The notes under the pieces were generated by a model. That model was given only the letters and a program-made list of their open reading frames with translations, did no database searches and was not told where the DNA came from. Source: Stramenopiles sp. TOSAG23-6 (Eukaryota). Taken from it: 20,000 nt of DNA. The stretch covers positions 50,927-70,926 of the forward strand of contig LT635912.1 of the NCBI GenBank assembly GCA_900128565.1. Reading direction: 5' to 3'. This document shows, piece after piece, positions 1 to 10,106 of this stretch. Positions within the stretch are counted from its first letter, which is position 1; the number at the start of each line of letters is the position of its first letter. The translations under genes were made by a program, and so were the position numbers.

Positions 1-2981
1 TACTCATGAGACAACTAGCATCATCGGAATTACCACAGTTGTCCCAGTCCATAAAACAACCATCTTTCTCTCGAAGTCTTTCAGTATTCTGATTCTGATT
101 ATTAAAACTGTCAATACATTTCTGGAGTACTGTAGTTGGAAAATCAGATTCGTGGCCAATACCCATTTCTATCCAAGTCAGTGCTCTTGCGGACCACCTA
201 CTATATGCCCAATATGCGAACTTGCCAGCCTTTGGGACATATCCACCAAAGAGATTAATCAATACTGCAAATATGACAGAAGTTAACGTAGCAAGTGACA
301 AATCAGTTTGAAATGCACAGCCAACTGCGTAACCCATTCCAGATACAGTCCATACAACACAGAGAGCCCATTGTAGATATGAGCTTGTTGGGCCTGCAAC
401 ATCTACAATGAGTGCTACAGGTGCGATAAAACAAACAGCCCCGATACACTGGAGGGGGAAATCAACCAAAACTACTGCCAGAAAATACGCAAGTTTATTT
501 ACACCAGCACTTGCTTCACGCCAAAACACAATCTTCTTTTGACCACAGAATGATACACAAGAGACAGATGCTGCACAGACACCAAGAGCCATTGTCATGA
601 AAAAACCAAATGGGCCCAATTCATTTCGAAGAGGTTCAAAGCATATTTGTGTAAAAATATTCTTTTTGTACAATTTGTTAGGTATGGAATTTCGTACGAA
701 AAAAGAAATCGAAATGGAAGAAAAATAGAAACATACATTTCCATTCAGCACCCGATGGGCAATTTTTCGAATATTCATTGGCACCTCCTCTTGGCTCAAT
801 TAACAGTGGTTCAGATCCAAAGATGATAGCAATAACAAAACCATCAAATACAAATGCAAGTAAGTCAAATCCCAATTGGTATGTGCGAAAAAAACGAATT
901 CTAATATTTTGTACAATAAAGGCTCTCAATTGAACAAAAAAAACAGGAGCTTCTTTCGACGTATCTGACATTGTTTTGTTGTTTTCTGGTGTAAGTTTTG
1001 TATCTGACTTCGTTTCCGTTTTCATTTCCTGAAATGCTTTTGATAATTGGTTAGATGCAAGACGAGATGCATTAATCTGGGATTTCACATTTTTTGTAAT
1101 AGTGCTACTTTTGCTTTGACCACCATCATTTTCAATTCTACCGCATAAAACATCCAACACAAAATCTGCGAAATTGTCATCAGAATCTTTTTGGTACCCC
1201 ATTTTTGCAAAGTGAGCTTCCGCGAGGCTAGCTTGACCTAAATAAACAGTTTTACCACCATATCCAAGTAACATCAATGTATCGATTTGATTGTATATTT
1301 CAAGCCGAGGTTGATGTAGTACACTCACGACAGTAACTCCACCATTTGCAATGGTTTTCAATGCTTTCATTACCCCAACTGCTGTACTCGAATCTAAGCC
1401 ACTCGTTGGTTCATCTAATAAAATAGCTAAAGGATCCATTACCAACTCTAATGCAATATTGACTCTTTTTTTCTGTCCGCCACTAATTCCTCTTCTGTAC
1501 TCATCTCCAATGATGACGCCTGCAACGTCTTGAATGCCCAGAACATTCAGTACAGCTTCGACTCTATCTTTAATACTTTTCTCTGATACTTGTCTTGCAC
1601 TTAAACGCGTTTTGGCAGAATGTGTTATGGCTTCTCGAACTGTGAGTTCTGGATGCATGACATCAGATTGAGGCACAAAACCAATACGTGACTTAAAATC
1701 TGTTAAACATCCTTCTTTTTCATTGATAAATACTGTACCATCAGTATGCTCCAATTTCCCCGCAATGATATTAAGAAAAGTAGATTTCCCCGCTCCACTA
1801 GCACCAAGAATACACATTAAATTACCAGGTTTAATTTCGCCATTCGTCCCAGATAAGCGAAACTTCTGCGATTGTTTTTTTTTGATACAACAACCACAAT
1901 ATTTATATTGAGTTGGAATCTTCAATGCGAGGGAATGAAATTTAATAGATATCGAATCCTTTTTCGTTGTAGAGATTTTTTCGACTTTACTTTCTTGAGT
2001 TTTATTTTCTTGAGTTCCGAGATTTTGCATTTCAACTTGTGGTTGTTGGGAAACTTTACTTTGTCCTTTTCGAAAAAAACATACCAAAAAAAATTGTCCG
2101 CCCACTAAAACAATTACAATAATAAGCAAAAATGGTTCTGAATTTGATTTTGCCCCTTCGGCGCAAATGGATAATTTCCCACATTTTTTTGGAGTTTTTG
2201 ATCCCCTTGGACAATAATAACCTTTAGGACAAATTGTTTTAGTACCTGCATATTTGTCACAATAGTACCCAGACGGACATGCCACAGGATATTGATTTTC
2301 CTCGCAGTGTAAGCCTGGAGCACATGCAGTCAATGTGACGATACATTGAGATAAATCTCCAGCTTCTTGATAGATGTGTCCTGGTTTATGAGACACCCAT
2401 TTATATGGATCCTTACAAGTATTTTGGGTGGTTGCAGAGGCGTTTCCTTCACAACTACCTAAAAAACTTCGAAATTCATGACTGTTCATTGTGGCTTTTG
2501 CTTTTGTGTTTTTTTTTTCTAAATCACAGACAGATAATAATTGCTCGCGAAAGAAAAGTATTAGAAATGTGTCCTTTTCGTGGGCAGAGTTAAAATCAGC
2601 ACCATCTATTGGCCGTGTGCACACAGCTTTTGGCTTCTGACTCATGGCATGATACAGTTCAAGAAGTAGCGTTCGTGAAGCAGTGACATCTTTACACATA
2701 CTGCACTCGTTAGAAAAGTTACTTGAATTATCAGAAACACTCGTATCACCCATTTTTTCAAAGAATATTCTTCCAAAACATGTATTTCGTTGATTTTGGT
2801 TCCCCATTACCCCAATAATATTTTGAACTGCTTCTTTCGTTGGACTAGAGGAAATGTTCAATTTGTTTGTTAGCCAAACTTGAACCTCTGTGAGACAGCT
2901 CGACGTAATAGAAGAATTAAGTTGACTCGCATTCACATTCAATATCACTAAACACAGAAGTAGCATTAAAATATATTCCAT
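1..2981 (-). CDS. ABCG-family half transporter with signal peptide and Cys-rich N-terminal ectodomain (ABCG24/28/ADP1-like); exons 2981-737 and 642-<1; runs off the window
   Basis: Walker A GASGAGKST, GFVPQSD, signature ISGGQKKRV, Walker B LLDEPTSGLD, H-loop VLHQP, CPSGYYC/CPKGYYCP repeats. After removing 643-736 the frame is open to base 1 and encodes a hydrophobic TMD (WK/CFEPLRNELG...VFWREASAGVNKLAYFLA...YSRWSARAL). Confidence 0.93.
643..736 (-). other. Non-canonical intron (94 nt, GTATGT...AAATAT), member of the repeated intron family
   Basis: Junction TGG AAA T|GTATGT...ACAAATAT|GC TTT GAA restores W-K-C-F-E. TACCTAAC at 684-677, 34 nt before the 3' end. The first AG after the motif gives TAA and is out of frame. 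Confidence 0.8.
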
Positions 2982-3260
2982 GGCGAAAGTAATCCAAATT
3001 TACTCGCAATATAAATTTTCTTGGGGAGTTTAGGTTCTTTTTTGTCGAAGAGAGAAACTTTCAAATTTCAGCAAGTGAAAATTTCAAAATTCGCTGAAAA
3101 TCAAATTTGAAATTCAAATTCAAATTCAAATCGAAATATAATTGACAAGGTACAAAAAAAACATATAAATGCAAGTCCCTTACCGCAGAATTTATACATA
3201 CGTAGATATTAGATATATTTGAGATACTGCTTTATTTTTTGGTAATTAAAAAAAAACGAA

Positions 3261-3299
3261 TTCTATCTATTCTGGAATCTTCTATCTATTCTGGAATCT
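3261..3299 (+). repeat. 19-bp exact tandem duplication (TCTATCTATTCTGGAATCT x2) just upstream of the ATG at 3309
   Basis: Direct reading: 3262-3280 equals 3281-3299. Confidence 0.9.
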
Positions 3300-3308
3300 G
3301 GATGAAAA

Positions 3309-5183
3309 ATGGTTCATTTCTTGACTACATTGATATATCTTTTGTATTATCACTGCATACATGCAAATGATGACCAATGTAATGAAGCTATAAAAAAGCA
3401 AAAGATAAACGTGAATAGTTCAGAGTGGAAACTGTCACCAAATCGTGTTGTTATGGACAGTAACTTTAAATGGGGTCGAGTTGTAGTTCCCATCTGGACG
3501 TCAGTATTTTTAGGCACTAATGATTCTCTCCCACACTTGGATAACACTTTACAAATTTTATCCTCATTTGAGAGTGATGAACTTGCGCTTGTTACAGTCG
3601 TAGGTGGTGGCGCTTATCTCCGTATTCTTGAACATATGGAATTTAGTTCTATTCATTTCTTTGACGCAAACGTTAACGAGTTAAGTAAACTTCGACTTGT
3701 TCATGACGATATTATCAAATATGACTATGATACATGGATAGCAAATGGTGGAATGCAGTCTGTAGCTAATAAAATTTCCTCACTGCGGGAAAAATTTTAC
3801 CTGCCAGCCCCACTTCTAACAGCAGGTGTAACCCTGCATCCTGCAACTGACTTTGAGTGGCCGATTCCTGGTCAGAGTAGTTATTATGATCCATTAGGTC
3901 GACGAAATCCACTTTGGTCAATTTTCCCTCCTTTATCTTACCCAGAGTATGCATGGAAACCAACTCGAAAGGGTTATGAGAGAGTACGCAGACAATTGAA
4001 ATATCGTGTGGCAAATGAATTTTATTTATCAGTTCCTTGTGGCATCATTCCACCTAATATTCTTTCAATAGTTTATGTTGATGGAATCAAAATTCCAAAA
4101 TCAACAATACGTGCGGTTTCACGTTCGGGTGATGCTATTGGTTTATGGTCGATGGTTGAAGACCAAAAATTACTCGGTAGGGGAAATAATTCAGATTGGT
4201 CAGATTCCCATTTCTTTTGGGAGCTCGCAGTTCGTTGGAGGATTGAAAGTAGCACTACAGTAATAAATAATACTAGAATCGGTATGGATAATATTGTAAA
4301 TAATGTAATGCATATTTGGGCAATTGAAGATATAAATATGATGGGAACAATCTACGATTGGATGTTTACAAGTAGCATGGAAGCATCGTCATTTGCTTCG
4401 TCTACTGTGACGACTTCAACACCCAATAAAAAGGAGACAGACAAATCTTTCAATGAAATCATTGTTTTCCATATTCTACTTGGTAAAGCAACTACTAAAA
4501 CGAATTGTTCAAAACGCGAAGAATTATTTATGAATGCGTTGATTCGAGCTGTAAAAGAACCACATGTAAGAAATGTTCTAGTTACTGAGCATAACACCTC
4601 TTCAAAACAATTTGATATTTTAACTAATCCATGTGCATTAAATGCAGCTAATATCAGAAAACTTATCAACAAAACATTGTCATTAACACCAGACAACATC
4701 AAAACGAACATAATAGCTACTCGTTTTCTACCTGGTGGTGGTACTCATGATAGAAATGTATTATTTGATATTGCAGTAAATGAAGGAATTCCATCAAAAA
4801 ATGGTAATAAAAAAGAAACTTTCCTTGAAGATAATAATAAATCTATGAGACCAGCAACTATTCAACTTCAGATTGATGAAAACACGAAAAAAAGGCCTAT
4901 TATTTTTCCATATGATGGGTCTGTAAAAGTATTACAATCTCTCGCGGCTGCTGCGTGCATGGATATTCCTCTTACTGATAAATCATGTATGTTTTATTTT
5001 TTTTAATTTCGATTTTTTTTTCGTACGCAATTTTGTACCTAACAAAAATATTGAATGTAAAATATTTTTCAAAATACATGCATAGACCAAATTATGAATG
5101 AAATGAAAAGAATTATAAAAGAAGATAAAAAATCTTCTGCGAGGGCGATTCGCCCTGAAAAAGAGAGCAAGGTGATTCAATAA
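3309..5183 (+). CDS. Hypothetical secreted protein; exons 3309-4986 and 5080-5183
   Basis: 565-aa ORF with a hydrophobic N-terminus (MVHFLTTLIYLLYYHCIHA). It runs into a family-type intron; splicing gives ...DKS/CIDQIMNEMKRIIKE...KVIQ* with TAA at 5181-5183. Confidence 0.75.
4987..5079 (+). other. Non-canonical intron (93 nt, GTATGT...ATACAT), member of the repeated intron family
   Basis: TCA T|GTATGT...AAAATACAT|GC ATA, flanked by a CATG direct repeat. TACCTAAC at 5036-5043. In-frame TAA inside. Boundary inferred from alignment to the other copies because no protein homology was available. Confidence 0.7.
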
Positions 5184-5257
5184 GGATAATTACAAAAGTA
5201 TTACTTTAATAATGAATAAGTAAAAAGTTTGTTAGTTTTGGTTTGTCTTCCTTTTTT

Positions 5258-5983
5258 TTAGTTTATCGTCTTTTTTTTCTTAGAAGGTAGTTTACTTGCA
5301 ATTGTTGGCTGAACTCCCTCATCCAATCTTTTACGCTTCTTCTTTGTAGTTTGTTTTTTCATACTTGTCTTTTCATCATCTTCAATATCGACGTGTTTTG
5401 ATAAATCTTTTTCTGTCTGAGCATTATCTTCAAGAGATAGATTATTATTATCTTCAAGAGATAGATTATTCAATATCCATTTAAGTAACTCATCACCTTC
5501 AATCATACCAAATCTTTCTATTAGAGTATAATTCTTATCATTTATTGGACGAAATGTTTCATACCCGTGGCGAAGTTCTGCCATACGATTGATGGTTCTT
5601 TGATCCCATCCAGGACGAATATTTCGCGAAACTGCTTCAAGAGCTTTTTTGTTTGATTTAGACATGAGTGAAATGACAAGAATTTTATAGCCTTTCTTCT
5701 CAGCCAAAGCTGCCAAAACTCGAAAGTTCCTGAGTTTCATGTTTAAATTATCTAATATTACCAAAGGCTTCTTATCCATAAGGGCTAATGTGCACTTGTT
5801 TGCACACCAAGGTATTGCACAATCACAGTGAGTGCTAAGTTGCCATCTTCGGCCTTTATTTTGTGGTTGTAGCCACCATCGATCGTTGCTACACACAACA
5901 GCACCATGGTCTTTTTCAAGTTGATTGGAAAGATAACTTTTACCCATTCCTGTTGTGCCTCTCAAAATAATAAAATTCTGCAT
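5258..5983 (-). CDS. P-loop kinase-like protein (AAA_33 / NEDD4-binding protein 2-like) with basic C-terminal tail
   Basis: N-terminal IILRGTTGMGKS Walker A, VCSNDRW, LVILDNLN motif typical of N4BP2/PNK-like kinases, KKKRKR NLS-like tail. Confidence 0.75.
   Translation of the reverse strand: MQNFIILRGTTGMGKSYLSNQLEKDHGAVVCSNDRWWLQPQNKGRRWQLSTHCDCAIPWCANKCTLALMDKKPLVILDNLNMKLRNFRVLAALAEKKGYKILVISLMSKSNKKALEAVSRNIRPGWDQRTINRMAELRHGYETFRPINDKNYTLIERFGMIEGDELLKWILNNLSLEDNNNLSLEDNAQTEKDLSKHVDIEDDEKTSMKKQTTKKKRKRLDEGVQPTIASKLPSKKKKTIN
5423..5470. repeat. 24-bp exact in-frame tandem duplication (encodes NNLSLEDN x2)
   Basis: ATTATCTTCAAGAGATAGATTATT at 5423-5446 and 5447-5470. Confidence 0.9.
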
Positions 5984-6266
5984 GTTGTTGGGTATATTAC
6001 AATTTGAAACAGTTTAATTATCAAATCAAACTGAAGATATATCTTATTTTCTTCAAAGATACTGATTTGAGATTGATTAGGCCTAATTCCGAGTGACACG
6101 ATCGCCGAAGATCGACTGTTTCTGTTTTTTTTCGTTTTTCGTGTCGGTGTTTGTTTGCCGTTTGTTGGTTCGGGAAAATTTGAATTCAAATTTCAGCAAA
6201 AATTTCAACAACAAAACAACACAACACACAATAAAGAGTTTTGAATTTATCGTTTTAAAACTTACG

Positions 6267-8749
6267 ATGAGATTGATGAGACTTTTTATATATCATTTTG
6301 CATTCGTTCACACTGTTGCAGCAGAAGCATCTTTTGTGTTAAAAAGTTATGAATGCGTCGCTGGCTTCGATTGTATGTATCAAAACAGTTGTGCTAATGA
6401 TGAAGGAGTTTCTTGTCCCATTGGCCGGTTCTGTGGCAGACCCAGTTCTTTCCCCAATGGACTTTTTCAATGTGATGGTGACCATAATCAAAGTTGTCCA
6501 GGTAGTGAATTCCCAGATGATAGGTGGAGAACTTCAAAGTGTGCCACGGGTGCATACTGCCCGACGACAGTAACAAATCAAAAATGTGAAGCTGGATACT
6601 TTTGCCCAAGAGGGTCTGTCAAAAGAGTCAAGTGTTCAATAGGTTCAATATGTGGCGAAGCATCACACTTTCCAATTGGATTTTTGCTGTTTGGTTTCGC
6701 AATACTTTTGTTTATTTTTTATATTTTATGCCGTCGCTTTTGTCTCACGACAAAAATTGGTCATACGATTTCAAATGATGGTTGCGAAAACAAAAAAGAA
6801 CTTCCAGTTTCTAAGAAACTGAAAATGCCATTTCCTCTTCAATTCGAATTTGATAATATATGCTGGAACTTTCGAGATAAGCCTATTCTTCGTGGTGTAT
6901 CGGGTTCTGTCAAAGCAGGTGAAATGATTGCAATTATGGGTCCATCAGGAGCAGGTAAAAGTACACTAGTAAATTGTCTAATGTCACGGTATACCCCCAG
7001 TACCGGAACAGTAACAATAAATGGATACAAAGATATTGAATTCTCTAGTATATGTGGAATAACTGGTTATGTCCCACAAGATGATATAATGTTGGCTAAA
7101 TTAACAGTCAGGGAGAATTTAATGCATTCAGCAAATACTCGAATAAATTCTCAAGTAAAAGCAAATTACTCTTCAAAGGCTCGTGTTGATTCTGTACTCA
7201 CCAGTCTAGGTCTAGAACATGTACAACATTGTATAGTTGGAGATACCCGTAAGCGTGGACTAAGCGGTGGTGAAAAAAAACGTGTATCGATTGGTCTTGA
7301 ACTAGTGGCTAGTCCGTCTGCAATTTTTCTTGATGAGCCTACGACAGGGTTAGACTCATCCGCGGCTGAAGTTGTGATTAATCAATTAAAACTCTTTGCT
7401 AATGAAGGACACGCGGTTATAGTAATTTTACACCAACCACGTGCTAGTATATTCAAACAATTCGATAATATCCTTTGCTTAACATCTAGAGGCGAAACAT
7501 TTTACTTTGGAAGTCCTCTTAAAGTTCGTGACTTTTTAAACCAAATACAAAATCCATGTCCATCGGGGAAAAATCCAGCAGATCATTTAATTGACATTGC
7601 AACGAAAAAGGGTAAAGTATCAATGACATCTACCCCAACAAGTATTTCGGATAAATCTAAAACAATCTCAGAGAATACAGTAAAATTTGAAGATCCAAGA
7701 TTAAACATCAAAGGAAAATTAGCGAGTTGGGGAGCCCAGTTTTTATTCTACTGGAAACGTTCCTGTGTACAACAGCTACGAGATTCCATGGCACTGTATC
7801 TTTATTGTGGTCTTGTTTTCCTCATGGTTGCTTCTCTCTCAACTGGTTTTTCACCTTTTATCCAAGAAAATCTGGAGAGTGTTTACAAACCACCCCTCGG
7901 CAAATCATTGAGAGATTATTGTCCACCACACAATAAAGCATGTTCTGGCAGCATTAACGACGATGGATTAATACAAATGATGTTTTTCTACTGTATGTCA
8001 ATTGGATCAATTGGAATGCTTGCTGCATCTCGAACATTTTACAGAAGTGAAATGATAGTAATGAAAAGAGAATCAAATATTGGTCTATCCTCATCTGCTT
8101 GCATCATTGCAAAAGTTTTTGCTGATTTAAATGTAATTATATTACTATCATTGCTCGCATCAGGACTATGGCTTGCCATGGGTTATCCGGGTGGACCTGT
8201 TCGTTGGTTTGTTCTTACTTTTTCATTGTTGTTTACTTGCTACGGATGGGGATATTTTGTTTCACAAATTGTATCCGATGATATGATTATGACAGTATGT
8301 ATGGTGTACGTTTTCATACTAAATTTTGTACCTAAGATTCTTTTCATCCTAGTGTTTCTCTTTTGCTCACATTTTCTAAAAATAATTTTACTTTTCGAAT
8401 GATTCCAGTTGTCATATTCTAATTTTACATTTTTTCTGACGTATAATTTAATTACAGCACTGCTCTTGGCTTATCTGCTTTTAATGGTGTGAATCCAAAA
8501 CTTGTGGATGTTCCTTGGCCGTGGAGAACCATCTGGGGCATGGGATATAGTAGGTGGATTTCCGAAGCCATATTTTCCACCTTTACAATGCATGATAGAA
8601 ACAGTGGCTTACCTGTGCAATTTGCTGCATCGAGATTTGGCTATGATGTCTCCGACAATCAATTTATTCTTGATATTGTAGTTGTAGTGATACAAGGAAC
8701 CTTATTGAGAATATTTACAGGATTTTTGATTGTTAAAAAGAATACATAA
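6267..8749 (+). CDS. Second ABCG-family half transporter with Cys-rich ectodomain; exons 6267-8305 and 8458-8749
   Basis: ATG at 6267 gives a signal peptide (MRLMRLFIYHFAFVHTVAA). CPIGRFC/CEAGYFCP repeats, GPSGAGKST, LSGGEKKRV, FLDEPTTGLD, ILHQP. The TMD is completed by the spliced exon (MV/TALGLSAFNGVNP...YSRWISEA). Confidence 0.93.
8306..8457 (+). other. Canonical GT-AG intron (152 nt) carrying a degenerate copy of the family motif
   Basis: ATG GT|GTACGT...TTCTGAC...TTACAG|C ACT restores the frame. Contains AAATTTTGTACCTAAG at 8321-8336. Confidence 0.85.
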
Positions 8750-8869
8750 AAGATTTAGAAATAAAAACCATCAGAGATATTTTTTAAATGGCTTAATATT
8801 CAGAGCACTTCTTCAGAATGCAGGATTTTATTTGAGTAAAGTTGAACCGTTTATAAATGACCTAATCGT

Positions 8870-10106
8870 TCACGCATTTGCTGCTATTTTATCTGCTTCA
8901 CCTACTATTATCGTTGATTCTGTCGATATTGCAAAATCTTCGGCCATATCCAAACTAGAACTTCTTTCTTCTTCTTTTGCTGCTTGTACTGTTGTTTCTG
9001 CTTCTTTCAATTTCAAATTTGCAACTGAAAAAACAAATGTTTCCTCTTCTTTCTTCCTCTGACAACGAAATTTCCAACGGACCTGATTTACATTTGTTTT
9101 ATCTGGATCATTAGATGTCACTTCGTATCCTTCAAATGTTGGTATACCTCCTAACCATTTTTGCTTTTTTGTTTTTGGAAATCCACTTTGAATTACGCTA
9201 TTTCGTGCAATTTCAGATATATCAGTTGTACTAAGGCACCATATCTGTCGAGCTATGGAATATTCTTCTAGTAGAGGTGCATCTGATAAATGAAATATCA
9301 TAGGATCATCCGTGGATAAACTAACATTTAACCCTCGCTTGAAGAATTTATAAAAGGGTTGATCTTCGTATCTCATGAATAGAACATTGTTTGATACTGG
9401 TGAAACTGCGAGCCCAATATTATCTAGATAGTAAAGATATTGCATAACTATATCATTTGCTAATCCAATTCCGTGATTAATTCCATTAGCCAATAAATAA
9501 GTAGTACAAAGATGATGTTTGGAACCACTTTCACCTGCATGTGGACGCAATGAAAAAGTATTCATTCCTTTAGAACGCCTTAATGAATTCAATCGGCTAA
9601 TATTTGCATAAAGGTAATATAATTGATAAGAATATGGAGGATTTTGTTCCGATGTCCAATCTTTTGGAGTTGTAACCTTTCCATCAATTGTTGCAAGAGG
9701 GAGATCAAGTAAGCTTTCATCATCGACAGAGTCAAATCCTGAAACATCTTTTAGAAATTCTGAAAGCTCCGGATATTTTTTTGGTTTCTCAGTTGCATCA
9801 AAAAGAGGTTGAAATATATTATATATAACTTCTTGATATGATGTTACTTTTTTCAATTTGTGAAATATGCGGTAAATGTATTGTGAAAAAATATTTTTAC
9901 TCGAAATATTTTGTTAGGTACAAATTTGGTATAGAAAAAAATTAAATTTAAATTTTGAAAACATATATTCTTGGAATTTGAATAAGCCATCGATTGTGTG
10001 GCTGCTGGACTAGCTTATTATTGAGAGCCCATTTTGCAAGTTTATCCCATGCATCAATGTTATCACCATAAATGGATAAACGATACTCTGCCCACGTCCA
10101 TTGATG
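8870..10106 (-). CDS. AMPD: AMP deaminase, C-terminal half only (upper boundary approximate); exons ~10106-9967 and 9875-8870
   Basis: AEYRLSIYG, WDKLAKW, WLIQIPRIY, GFDSVDDES, NPPYSY, LRPHAGESG, INHGI, SPVSNN and the SLSTDDP signature. No N-terminal half upstream on this strand. Confidence 0.92.
9876..9966 (-). other. Non-canonical intron (91 nt, ATATGT...ATACAT; can be slid to AT-AC)
   Basis: CCA AGA AT|ATATGTTTTC...CACAATACAT|T TAC CGC restores the AMPD motif QIPRIYRIF. TACCTAAC at 9920-9913. No usable in-frame AG nearby. Confidence 0.85.

Noticed and set aside
6093-6266. 58-aa N-terminal extension of the second ABCG ORF
   Set aside because: It starts at a non-ATG codon in promoter-like low-complexity DNA; ATG 6267 gives a signal peptide.
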